This document shows, in pieces, positions 47,070 through 56,723 of a stretch of DNA of 64,000 nucleotides; within the stretch, counting starts at the first letter, position 1; every line of letters begins with the position of its first letter. Both the position numbers and the translations under genes were made by a program. The DNA is taken from positions 10,621 to 74,620 of the forward strand of contig JAQCEO010000001.1 of the NCBI GenBank assembly GCA_027729805.1. Reading direction: 5' to 3'. Source of the stretch: Actinomycetota bacterium (GTDB lineage Bacteria; Actinomycetota; Actinomycetes; S36-B12). The notes below the pieces were generated by a model. That model saw only the letters and a list, made by a program, of their open reading frames with translations. It was not told the origin of the DNA and searched no databases.

Positions 47070-48557
47070 TCAGCGCACCGTGACGCCTGAGTCCTGCTCG
47101 GCGGCCGGAACAGTTACTTCAGTTCGAAGTGGCGGCCACGGATAACCGGTGATCAAATCGCCATAACGGGACCGCTCACGCACCCGGTGGGCTAGCAAGA
47201 CCGGGCCCGAATCACCCGTCGGCGTTACCACGGCGGTGTACCAGTCGATACCGGCCGGCGGGCGCAGCAAGATGAACTTCACCTGACCCGCAGGTACGTC
47301 GATGCGCCGCGGCACGGTGGCCTCGGCAATTTGCTTTTGCCCTCGATAGGGCAGGAGGACAATATCAACGCTGACCGCACCAAGTGGCGCGGTGATCGCC
47401 AAGCGCACATCGGTTGCGGTTCTAACGGGTAGTCCGCTGACCGCCGCTGGCCCGGTGAAGGGCTGTGCCCCCGAGGTAAAGGACGTATCGTCCTGCTGTT
47501 TCGTCCCGCTGAAGAACTGCCGCATCCCCGCGACGATCGGTTGATCTGATGTCAACTCCAAGGTGACCGGTTGCTCAGCGGTCACCAAGGACATATCAAC
47601 ACTGATAACCGTGCCAGCCGGCACTTTTAGGGTGTCGCGTTCAACCGGTGAGAAGGTACCGATCGACGAGATAATGCGGATCTTGACCACCGCATCTTGG
47701 TCGCCGGGGGCGACCACCGAAAGTACGCGTGCACCCTTACCCGGAAGCACGCCCGGCACATAAACCGTCGTTGCCGGCACCGCCGCGGGTGCGATCCAAT
47801 CAGCACCGACCGACTTCAACCCCGACATCTGCTGGTCGTCGATCGCCGCACCTATTCGACCGGTTCGAGCAATCACCTGAAATGCCGTGCTCTTCTCACC
47901 TGGGATGAGGGCATCTAGGCGCACCACAAGACGTGCACCAGGTGGCACAACTAGTCCGCGCCCACCGGGTGCATCAAGTAAGCCACCCGTACCGTAAATC
48001 AAGACATCGACCACGGCCGCATTTTCGTCTGGATTTACAAGTACCACGCGGGTCTGCCGCCCAGTTACCGAACCACCACCGACGAACCAGAACCGTGAGG
48101 CGGCGGGTGCGCAGGCGGTGCTTGCCAAACCGCGACCGGTGCCGCGCGGGTCGCGCCCCCACTGATCAGCAACGAATCCGGGTGCCAACGAACCCAGCGC
48201 CACCGCTCGGATGGGCGGCAGCTTTTCACCGAATGCATCAATTTGCACCTGCCCGCCCGGGCCAATAATCGACGCTTCAGCCGAAGACTTTCCCGGCAAG
48301 GTCTCCAATCGCGCACTACCTGGTCCGGTGTCCTGACCTCGCTGGCCGGGTACGACAGCGGCCGTAACCCGAACCCCAAGTTCGGGATTTGCACCCGGCT
48401 CCGGGCAGATCAGTACCGATGATTCGATGGGCTCGATGGCAAGTGGTGCCGGCACTGCGACCGGTGTACGCACTTGGATGAACCAACCACCGGCAACCAC
48501 CAACACCGTGATCGCGAGGGCGATGGCCAATGCCCGAGCAGCACCCAAGCTCCTCAT
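47070..48557 (-). CDS. Conserved hypothetical secreted/anchored protein (possibly DUF5719)
   Basis: N-terminal TM/signal segment, no catalytic motif recognised. 4-nt overlap with the upstream glycosyltransferase gene. Confidence 0.4.
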   Translation of the reverse strand: MRSLGAARALAIALAITVLVVAGGWFIQVRTPVAVPAPLAIEPIESSVLICPEPGANPELGVRVTAAVVPGQRGQDTGPGSARLETLPGKSSAEASIIGPGGQVQIDAFGEKLPPIRAVALGSLAPGFVADQWGRDPRGTGRGLASTACAPAASRFWFVGGGSVTGRQTRVVLVNPDENAAVVDVLIYGTGGLLDAPGGRGLVVPPGARLVVRLDALIPGEKSTAFQVIARTGRIGAAIDDQQMSGLKSVGADWIAPAAVPATTVYVPGVLPGKGARVLSVVAPGDQDAVVKIRIISSIGTFSPVERDTLKVPAGTVISVDMSLVTAEQPVTLELTSDQPIVAGMRQFFSGTKQQDDTSFTSGAQPFTGPAAVSGLPVRTATDVRLAITAPLGAVSVDIVLLPYRGQKQIAEATVPRRIDVPAGQVKFILLRPPAGIDWYTAVVTPTGDSGPVLLAHRVRERSRYGDLITGYPWPPLRTEVTVPAAEQDSGVTVR

Positions 48558-51500
48558 CGGATCACCACATTTGATTGACCCATTTGGTCAGATCGACCAA
48601 CTGACCAAGGACTCGCACCGAGGTCCGGGCTCGGATCAAGCACCACATCGTCATCAGGGTCCGGGTCCTGGCGCTGCCGTGATGGCAGGGCGAGCACGAC
48701 CAGTACGAATAAGACGATGAATTGCAGCCATAACCAGCGTGATCGCTGGCCCTGATCGAAGGAAATAACCACGTTGCCACTACTCGCGGGAGCGGTAAAC
48801 CCTTGTGACCAGGAAAGTTGGCCGGTCGGCAACTGCGCAGCGAGTTCTTGCTGCACCGTGCCAGCGGAGTCGACCACACCCGCGCGCCAGCCCGGCGCTG
48901 CAACAGCTCCGACAATAATTTCCCGACCCACCGGTCCGGCTGGAATCACCTGATCCAAATACGGGTCGATCCCAACCCAAGCCGCACCCGTGGGCGCGAC
49001 CACCACATCCAATGCCGATTGCGTCGCACCATCAACTACACGTGCCCGCGAAGTTACTCCCGCGATCCGCCAGAGAACTTCACCGCTGGCACTTGATAAC
49101 CGCCGCAGTCCTGGCTCACCATCCAAGATGGGGATCAACGCTTTTGAGGTGCCGGCCGCCAAGAGTACGTAGCGCACGCCATAGCCGGCGAGCCCGGAGA
49201 CCTCATCGCCACCACGGCCAGATGCCAAGCCGGCCACCAACGGGTCAATCACCGCCCAAACAGCGCCGGGCGGACCGGCATCTGCGGCACCTAGTGTCGG
49301 CCCCGCTCCGTTAACCAAGGTGTACTGCACCGCACCATCACGATCTTGGCGTAGCACCAAAGTTCGTGGCGCCTGATCACCAAGGGCCTCGGCTTCGACA
49401 AATGCCGGCACCGCCGCCAGTGGCGCCTTCCGCAACTGCCCATCGGCTGCGGCGAACCAATAAAGCGCCGACAGCACCGGGGCCAAGGCGGCAACCACTA
49501 CGACAAAGACGATGAAGGGTTGACCGATATTGAAGCTGACCCCAACCATGCGTTCACGAAGTCCATCGGTGGCGATACTTGCTGCCAAGATCAGCGCGGC
49601 ACTAAGCACCAAAGTCGCACCACCTGGCCAGGTCCGAATGGCCGTTACCGAGTCCGTTGGCGTCACCGAAATCAGTGTCTGCAGCACCCCGATGAGCAAT
49701 GCGCTAACAGCCAGTGCCCAGCAGGCCAAGATGTAGGGGGCTCTATTACGGCGCAGCAATGCGGCAAACCCCGCGATGAGAATCCCGACGGTGACCCAAA
49801 GCGGTGTCATGCCCGGGCCACCTGGGTGGAGCAGCAAAACATCGACCGCATTCACGGTTGGATCGCTGAGCGCAGCGCTCTCAATACCTGGTTGGAGGAG
49901 GAATTCGGCGGGATGCGTGAAAAGACCGATGGACCATGGAAGCAGCAAGACAATCGGCGCGAAAACAGCAAGGGCGAGCCGGCGTATGACCGGCCAAGAG
50001 CCATCGCCCCCGCGCAAGATCAGTAGCACGCTAAAGGCGGTGGCGAAGACGAAAGCAATGAGCCACGTAAATGGCAGCACCGCAACCAGTGCCGCGAGAA
50101 GGAGCGCGGTACCAGCCGCCCGCCGGAAGGTACCGCGGCTGCTGACGATCCGGACAACTGAGCGCACCACAAATGGCAAAATGATGGCAGCGATGACGGT
50201 GCCGATTCGGCCACTTGACAGCGCACCTGTCAGTGCCGGTATCAACGCGTACGCGGCCCCCGCCCAGATGCGTACCGCCCGACCCGAAACTAGGCCGCGG
50301 GTCGCGAAGTACATACTCCAAGCAGCAATTGGCACGCCGAGCACCACAATTACCGTGACCGCAAGTTGCGCCTTGCCCAGTAACAAAACTGCCAAGGCGA
50401 AGATGAGCATCAAATACGGGGCTGCCGGCGTTATCGAGCCTGGCCCAATATTGTGCCAAGCCTCGCTGTAAGTGCCCCAAAGGTCACCGGCACCGGGCAT
50501 ACTCGGCAATAGTGCACCGCCTTGCAGTACCCCCTCGCCCCACCACAAGGTACGCATCGCTACTAGCGCGAAAATCGTCAGCACCGCGATGAAGAGGACA
50601 CTTGGCCGCACCAGTACCCGGCGGAGCAACCCCGGGCCCGATGAATCCAAGTACGCCGCATCGTCATCAACTGGACCCGAATCAATTGCGCTAACCGACG
50701 CACTCAATGACGTGCTACTGGTTGTCGCAATGCCCGCGACCAGTTCAAGGCCCTGCCGTGCCTGTGCCCAAATACTTGGCCGCAGTGCGCGGATCACCGA
50801 GTAGGGCTCGGTAGCGGTCCGAGCACTTAGTCGCCGTGACGCGCGCAGGCGCCCCGGGTGAAGGGCGACATCTAGTACCGCGCCAACTTCATCGCGGGCT
50901 GCATCAAAATCCTTGCCGAGTAGATACAACACGGAGCGCACCGCGCTGACGATCAGCAGGCGTAGGGCCAAGAATGGGCCGGCGAAAGGAGAGGTGTGCG
51001 CGAGGAGCACATGCACCGCAGCCTCGCGGTCAATGCGGTGGGGGCGCGGGGCCGAATCATCGGCTCGGCGCCCGTGCGCAGCAGCCTCGCGGTGGTGAAG
51101 CACCGCATCGGTTGCTATCAGCACCCGCTCACCGGCTAGGTGGGCACGCCAGCAGAAGTCCACATCATCACGAAATAGTGGTAGCGCCCGGTCAAATCCA
51201 TCAAGTCGCTGCCAAACCTCGCGCCGCACCAGCATGCCGGCCGAGCTAACCGCGAGCACATCGCGCACGCCATCGTGCTGGCCTTGGTCATGCTCGCGTC
51301 GCTCTAGGCCCGTATAACGGCGCCCCGAGCTAGTGATGCTCACGCCGACTTCTAAAAGCAGTCGACGATCATGCCACCCGAGGATCTTCGGTCCAAGAAC
51401 TGATGCGCTCGGATTATCGTCAGCGGTATTTAACAAAGCAGCTAAGCAGGCGGGGTCCCCGGCGCTGTCATCGTGCAGTAACCACAGCCATTCAACAAGT

Positions 51501-51913
51501 TCTTCTACCGGCTCCGAACTTGGGGCGATTTGCACCCGGCCAACCTGCGCGACGCCGGCCCGCACCGCGTCACCAAAACCTTGATGTGAGTCACCGGCAA
51601 CCACCCGATCAGCGCCAAAGGCTTTTCGCAGTTGACCCAGACTGCCATCGGTGGACCCGGTGTCGACTCCGACAACTGCATCCGGGGGGCGGGTCTGCCC
51701 GGCCAAGGTGGTCAGGGCTGCTGGCAGCCAGACCGCGCCGTTGTGGCTAACAAGTACGGCGGTTACGTGGTGGTGGCGGCGTGTTAATAAGGGCGCGGCG
51801 TCAACTTCGAAGTCATCTTCCATGCTGAACCACTCGGTGGTCAGTTCAGCTGCGGGTGCCCCGTTCGCGGCTAAGTCATCCGCTAGTTGGTTATCTTCCA
51901 TCGGGCCCGACAC
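48554..51913 (-). CDS. Family-2 glycosyltransferase fused to a large polytopic membrane domain
   Basis: N-terminal GT2 fold (VTAVLVSHNG..., VDTGSTDGS, LLHDDS), followed by more than 10 hydrophobic segments and an extracytoplasmic C-terminal region. Confidence 0.7.
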   Translation of the reverse strand: MSGPMEDNQLADDLAANGAPAAELTTEWFSMEDDFEVDAAPLLTRRHHHVTAVLVSHNGAVWLPAALTTLAGQTRPPDAVVGVDTGSTDGSLGQLRKAFGADRVVAGDSHQGFGDAVRAGVAQVGRVQIAPSSEPVEELVEWLWLLHDDSAGDPACLAALLNTADDNPSASVLGPKILGWHDRRLLLEVGVSITSSGRRYTGLERREHDQGQHDGVRDVLAVSSAGMLVRREVWQRLDGFDRALPLFRDDVDFCWRAHLAGERVLIATDAVLHHREAAAHGRRADDSAPRPHRIDREAAVHVLLAHTSPFAGPFLALRLLIVSAVRSVLYLLGKDFDAARDEVGAVLDVALHPGRLRASRRLSARTATEPYSVIRALRPSIWAQARQGLELVAGIATTSSTSLSASVSAIDSGPVDDDAAYLDSSGPGLLRRVLVRPSVLFIAVLTIFALVAMRTLWWGEGVLQGGALLPSMPGAGDLWGTYSEAWHNIGPGSITPAAPYLMLIFALAVLLLGKAQLAVTVIVVLGVPIAAWSMYFATRGLVSGRAVRIWAGAAYALIPALTGALSSGRIGTVIAAIILPFVVRSVVRIVSSRGTFRRAAGTALLLAALVAVLPFTWLIAFVFATAFSVLLILRGGDGSWPVIRRLALAVFAPIVLLLPWSIGLFTHPAEFLLQPGIESAALSDPTVNAVDVLLLHPGGPGMTPLWVTVGILIAGFAALLRRNRAPYILACWALAVSALLIGVLQTLISVTPTDSVTAIRTWPGGATLVLSAALILAASIATDGLRERMVGVSFNIGQPFIVFVVVVAALAPVLSALYWFAAADGQLRKAPLAAVPAFVEAEALGDQAPRTLVLRQDRDGAVQYTLVNGAGPTLGAADAGPPGAVWAVIDPLVAGLASGRGGDEVSGLAGYGVRYVLLAAGTSKALIPILDGEPGLRRLSSASGEVLWRIAGVTSRARVVDGATQSALDVVVAPTGAAWVGIDPYLDQVIPAGPVGREIIVGAVAAPGWRAGVVDSAGTVQQELAAQLPTGQLSWSQGFTAPASSGNVVISFDQGQRSRWLWLQFIVLFVLVVLALPSRQRQDPDPDDDVVLDPSPDLGASPWSVGRSDQMGQSNVVIR

Positions 51914-51967
51914 CTACCCACTGTAACCGGCTAGCCCCTACGTTAACGGGCACAAAATCCGGGACGG

Positions 51968-52216
51968 TTAGACGGCCCGCTTTTTTAAGCGCCGACGCTC
52001 ACGCTCCGACAGCCCGCCCCAGATTCCAAACCGCTCATCTTGGGCGAGGGCGTACTCCAAGCACTCAACCCGAACCTCACAGGAAAGGCAGACTTTCTTG
52101 GCCTCGCGGGTGCTTCCGCCCTTTTCCGGGAAGAAAGCCTCCGGGTCGGTCTGCGCGCACAACGCGTGACCTTGCCAGGCCAACGCTTCTACTTCAGATA
52201 GAGGCACTAACACCAT
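51968..52216 (-). CDS. whiB: WhiB-family redox-sensing transcription factor (WhiB2/WhmD-like)
   Basis: Four Cys (C...CLSC..C) and the GIWGG turn. I prefer the 82-aa product from the ATG at 52216 over the 261-aa ORF. Confidence 0.9.
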   Translation of the reverse strand: MVLVPLSEVEALAWQGHALCAQTDPEAFFPEKGGSTREAKKVCLSCEVRVECLEYALAQDERFGIWGGLSERERRRLKKRAV

Positions 52217-52502
52217 GTCACGCACGCGAAGGCCCTCCTCAAAATACTCAGTTAAGTTTTCCGGAGTGCGGTACTCGTTGCTCTGCCAAGGAGTATTACA
52301 GCGGTGTAGTTTACATAAGTCAACTCTGATTCGGACATATCGGGCAACAAATTGCGAAGAATCCCAAAAAAGTCGCAGATTCGATAAAAAATCTGCGATT
52401 TGTCCCCCCAAGGGGACAGAGCTCATCGCGATTGGCACCTCCGTGCGCCCATATCGGTAACTGCCGCGTCGGGGTAAAACACCACCCTGAGAAGATGCGC
52501 AC

Positions 52503-53519
52503 ATGCGCATTACCGCACTAGCCGGTGGCATCGGCGGTTCGAGGTTTATCCGAGGACTCCGCGCCCAATTGACCACCACCCACCCCGATGGGTCTGGTGG
52601 CACCACCGCCGAGGTCACGGTGATCGGCAATACCGGTGACGATATTTGGGTGCATGGCCTGCGGGTCTGCCCAGACCTCGACACCGTGATGTACACCCTC
52701 GGCGGTGGCATCAGCACCGAACGTGGCTGGGGGCGCGAGGGCGAAACTTTCACGGCTAAGGCCGAATTGGCAGGTTACGGTGTCGAACCAACTTGGTTTG
52801 GCCTAGGCGATAAAGACATTGCCACCCATCTCGTGCGCACCGCCTCACTTGCGGCTGGCTATTCACTAACCGAGGTGACAGCGGCACTATGTGCCCGCTG
52901 GCAACCCGGCGTGACTTTGCTGCCAATGAGCGATGATCGCGCCGAAACCCATGTCGTCGTCGATGACCCAAGCGGCGCGAGGGATGACAGTGGTCGCCCA
53001 ATGCAAATTGCCATTCACTTTCAGGAGTGGTGGATCAAGTACCGGGCGGCCCTGCCAGCACATTCATTCGCGATTATCGGCATCGACACCGCCAAGCCCG
53101 CGCCCGGAGTCATCGAGGCGATCGAAAATGCCGACTTGATTATTTTCCCACCTAGTAATCCGGTGGTTTCAATTGGCACGATCTTGGCGGTGCCGGGTAT
53201 CGCAGCGGCAATCCGCTCAGCTACCGGGCCGGTTGTCGGGGTCTCCCCCATCGTGGGTGGAGCCCCCGTTCGCGGTATGGCCGATTCCTGTCTACAAGCA
53301 ATCGGTGTCGAGACCTCCGCGGCCGCGGTGGCAGCGCATTATGGTGCGCGTGCCGACGGTGGCTTGCTCGACGTGTGGCTCGTCGATGAACAAGATGCTG
53401 ATGTCGTCGAAACCGTTCGCGCTCTCGGTATTTCATGTCGGGCCATCCCATTAATGATGACCGATGTTGCCGCCACCGCTTTGATGGCCGCCGAATGCCT
53501 GCATTCCGTTAACTCCTAA
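52503..53519 (+). CDS. cofD: 2-phospho-L-lactate transferase (F420 biosynthesis, CofD/FbiA)
   Basis: N-terminal ALAGGIGGSRF, overall CofD-like sequence, and the adjacent cofE. Confidence 0.9.
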   Translation: MRITALAGGIGGSRFIRGLRAQLTTTHPDGSGGTTAEVTVIGNTGDDIWVHGLRVCPDLDTVMYTLGGGISTERGWGREGETFTAKAELAGYGVEPTWFGLGDKDIATHLVRTASLAAGYSLTEVTAALCARWQPGVTLLPMSDDRAETHVVVDDPSGARDDSGRPMQIAIHFQEWWIKYRAALPAHSFAIIGIDTAKPAPGVIEAIENADLIIFPPSNPVVSIGTILAVPGIAAAIRSATGPVVGVSPIVGGAPVRGMADSCLQAIGVETSAAAVAAHYGARADGGLLDVWLVDEQDADVVETVRALGISCRAIPLMMTDVAATALMAAECLHSVNS

Positions 53520-53520
53520 T

Positions 53521-54885
53521 ATGAGCGCGTCGCCAGCAGGACTGCAAATCACCACCGTTTTAGGTATCGGACCGATCGCACCGGGCGATGATCTTGCCGC
53601 ATTAATAACCGCAACGAAAATCCACTGGCTGGACGGCTCAGTTGGATTTGCCGATGGTGACATCGTCGTCGTGACCAGCAAAATTGTTGCCAAAGCCGAA
53701 GGACGCGTAGTAGCTGCACAGTCGCGCGATGCGGCAATCGCTAGTGAGACCGTGCGCGTTGTCGCAACCAAATCGACCCCTCGTGGCACCACGCGGATTG
53801 TGCAAACCCAACATGGCCTCGTTCTAGCAGCGGCCGGCGTCGATGCCAGCAATGTCGAGGCCGGCCACGTAGTACTGCTGCCGCTTGATCCGGATGCTTC
53901 GGCCCGCGAACTCCTAACTCACCTTCGCATCGCCACCGGGTGCTCCCTCGGGGTGATCATCACCGACACCATGGGGCGACCTTGGCGACTTGGTGTTACC
54001 GATGTCGCAATTGGCGCGGCCGGCATCACGGTGGTGGACGATCACACCGGACGCGTCGATGGTTTTGGCCGCACCTTGGAAATGACGATGATCGCGATAG
54101 CCGATGAAATTGCGGCCGCGGCCGACTTGGTCAAAGGCAAAATCGATGGCAGCCCGATCGCCGTGGTGCGCGGGCTGGGTCAATTCGTAACTGCCGATTT
54201 CGGCCCCGGCGCAAGGGCGGTGGTTCGCCCATTGGACGAGGACCTCTTCCCCCTCGGAACCGCCGAAGCCATCCAGCAGGGCCGGGCCACCGCAGCCATG
54301 AACCGGCGCACCTTGCGGCAATTTAGCGACCAGGTGGTTGACGCTGACCTAATAGTACGAGCCATCGCGGCCGCGATCACCGCGCCCGCACCGCACCACA
54401 CCACCCCATGGCGCTTCCTTGTCCTTCGCGACGAGCCGATCCGCGCCACGTTGCTGATGGCGATGCGCGAGCGCTGGATCGCAGATCTACGAGCCACCGC
54501 TGGGATTAGCGAGGATTCCATTAACAAGCGCCTTAAACGCGGCGATATCTTGTATGACGCACCGGTGGTCGTGCTCGGATTCATCGACCTAGGTGCTGGT
54601 GCCCACCGGTACCCGGATGCGGAGCGCGCAAACGCGGAGCGCGATATGTTCATGGTCTCAGGTGGCGCCGCAATGCAGAACCTGATGATCACCTTGGCCG
54701 CCGAGGGCGCCGGCTCCGCCTGGATCTCGTCAACCATGTTCTGTGCGGATGTGGTCAATGACGCCCTGCAATTACCAGCCACCTACCAGCCCCTCGGCGC
54801 ACTTGCTGTCGGCTACCCCGCGACCGCGGCAGCACCGCGCACCGAGCGCTCACCTAGCGCTTTTATGATCCCAAAAGTTAATTAA
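53521..54885 (+). CDS. cofE: F420:gamma-glutamyl ligase fused to a nitroreductase-like domain (CofE/FbiB)
   Basis: N-terminal CofE domain (VVVTSKIVAKAEGR) plus a C-terminal nitroreductase-like domain. This is the actinobacterial FbiB architecture. Confidence 0.9.
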   Translation: MSASPAGLQITTVLGIGPIAPGDDLAALITATKIHWLDGSVGFADGDIVVVTSKIVAKAEGRVVAAQSRDAAIASETVRVVATKSTPRGTTRIVQTQHGLVLAAAGVDASNVEAGHVVLLPLDPDASARELLTHLRIATGCSLGVIITDTMGRPWRLGVTDVAIGAAGITVVDDHTGRVDGFGRTLEMTMIAIADEIAAAADLVKGKIDGSPIAVVRGLGQFVTADFGPGARAVVRPLDEDLFPLGTAEAIQQGRATAAMNRRTLRQFSDQVVDADLIVRAIAAAITAPAPHHTTPWRFLVLRDEPIRATLLMAMRERWIADLRATAGISEDSINKRLKRGDILYDAPVVVLGFIDLGAGAHRYPDAERANAERDMFMVSGGAAMQNLMITLAAEGAGSAWISSTMFCADVVNDALQLPATYQPLGALAVGYPATAAAPRTERSPSAFMIPKVN

Positions 54886-55979
54886 GCGTCGCTGGAAAAC
54901 CGAACTGCTCCGGCTCCGATTTGGGCACCTGGCCAGATACGCACCCCGGCGAGTAGCTCATTGCCGGCACCGATATTCGCACCGTCGCCGATCACCGCCT
55001 GATCGATCACGCAATTGGCACCTATCGTGGCACCGGCGCCAATAATGCTGCCCGTGATCTTTGCCCCGGCGCCAATGCGGGCCTCGTCAAAGACCACCGA
55101 GCCATCAATCACCGACGCGCCGATTTGCGCACGGCGCCCAATCGTCGAGCCACCGGTCAAAACTGCACCGCTGGCGATATCTGCGCCGTCGAGTACTAAA
55201 AATGCACCCGGATTTGGGACCGCAGGTGATGGCGCGATGCCCAGTACCAAATCACGTGAACCTTGAACAAGTGCCATCGGCGTGCCAAGGTCAAGCCAGT
55301 AGCCCCGATCTACAACTCCAAGTACTAACGCATTCGCTGCGAGTAAGCCGGGGAAAGTTTCACGTTCCACCGACACCGGTCGCCCCGTGGGTATGGTGTC
55401 AATGACACTGCGGCGAAAGACATAGCAGCCAGCGTTGATTTGATCGGTGACTATTTCTTCGGGGGTCTGCGGTTTTTCTAGGAACTGGGTCACCCGGCCA
55501 GCCGCATCGGTAGGCACCAGCCCAAAGGCCCGCGGGTCGGCAACCGGGGTCAAATACAAAGTCGCATCCGCATCACCGTCGACATGGTGCTTGACCAACC
55601 CCTTGATGTCTAGGCCAGAGAGCACATCGCCATTGAAAACCAGTACGGGTGCATCGGGCCCACTTTGGAGATGCGGCAGCGCGTGCCGAATCGCTCCCCC
55701 GGTGCCCAAAGGTTCGTCCTCGGTGGCGATCACGATCTCAATACCAAGATCAGCGCCATCGATGAACTCACGGAATACTTCGGCGCGATATGAGGTCGCC
55801 AGCACAATTCGGGTCACCCCTGCAGCGCGAGCTCGGGTGATCTGGTGCACCGTGAAAGGCACTCCGGCCACCGGGAGCATGGGCTTGGGGGTGTTAATCG
55901 TGAGTGGGCGCAACCTGGTGCCATGCCCCCCAACCAATAAGACGGCTTCGCTCACCGCACTAGCGTGCCACAGGCCCAT
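54882..55979 (-). CDS. manC: Mannose-1-phosphate guanylyltransferase-type NDP-sugar pyrophosphorylase
   Basis: GGHGTRLRPLT nucleotide loop. C-terminal left-handed beta-helix hexapeptide repeats (IGAGA...). Confidence 0.8.
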   Translation of the reverse strand: MGLWHASAVSEAVLLVGGHGTRLRPLTINTPKPMLPVAGVPFTVHQITRARAAGVTRIVLATSYRAEVFREFIDGADLGIEIVIATEDEPLGTGGAIRHALPHLQSGPDAPVLVFNGDVLSGLDIKGLVKHHVDGDADATLYLTPVADPRAFGLVPTDAAGRVTQFLEKPQTPEEIVTDQINAGCYVFRRSVIDTIPTGRPVSVERETFPGLLAANALVLGVVDRGYWLDLGTPMALVQGSRDLVLGIAPSPAVPNPGAFLVLDGADIASGAVLTGGSTIGRRAQIGASVIDGSVVFDEARIGAGAKITGSIIGAGATIGANCVIDQAVIGDGANIGAGNELLAGVRIWPGAQIGAGAVRFSSDA

Positions 55980-55994
55980 GAGTAGGTTGGTCAG

Positions 55995-56723
55995 GTGGGC
56001 AATCCAGTATGGGAGCTACTGACCCAGCGACGACGTGATTTTGGCGCCACACCCGCCATCACCTTCATCGGCGCGGCTCGAACCGAACTTTCGTCAACAT
56101 CCCTCGAAAATGCCGTAGCAAAACTCGCTGGCGCCCTGCGCGAGGAGTGGTCCCTTGAATCCGGTGATCGCATTGCGGCCTATCTGCCCTGGCATTGGCA
56201 ACGTGTTGTTTGGTCTTTGGCCGCGTGGAGCCTTGGCTTGACCCTGGACATCGAAGGTGCTCCGGCAGCCAGCGTTATAACGGTCTGCGGCCCGGATGAA
56301 ATCTCGAAAGTAATTGAAGCCGGATGCTTGGAACCGGTAGTGGTATCCCTGCACCCATTCGGCCTACCGATAGTTGATCTACCCAGCGGCTGCATTGATG
56401 CCGCCTCGGTGATCCAACTGCAGCCAGATTCTTTCTACAGCGAACCAGTTCCGGGCAACACGCCAGGGTTGATCCACGGCGGTCAGGAGTACTGCCTATC
56501 GGAGTTGATTAAGGAAGCTAACCTACGCATCGCGGCGTTGGGGCTTGCCCAAAGTGATCGCTTGCTAATTTCGAAACCGCAAGATGCTGACCTAGCTGGG
56601 TGGCTGCTGCCCCCACTTGCTCCACTCCTCGAAGTTGGCTCGGTGGTGCTTATTGATGGTCCATTCGACCGATCAGCGGTGGTAGCACAAGAGGGTGTGA
56701 CTACTTTTTGGGCAGGACCGTGA
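55995..56723 (+). CDS. Conserved actinobacterial protein (TIGR03089-like, adenylate-forming-enzyme-like fragment)
   Basis: Assigned by genomic position and general resemblance only. Confidence 0.4.
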   Translation: MGNPVWELLTQRRRDFGATPAITFIGAARTELSSTSLENAVAKLAGALREEWSLESGDRIAAYLPWHWQRVVWSLAAWSLGLTLDIEGAPAASVITVCGPDEISKVIEAGCLEPVVVSLHPFGLPIVDLPSGCIDAASVIQLQPDSFYSEPVPGNTPGLIHGGQEYCLSELIKEANLRIAALGLAQSDRLLISKPQDADLAGWLLPPLAPLLEVGSVVLIDGPFDRSAVVAQEGVTTFWAGP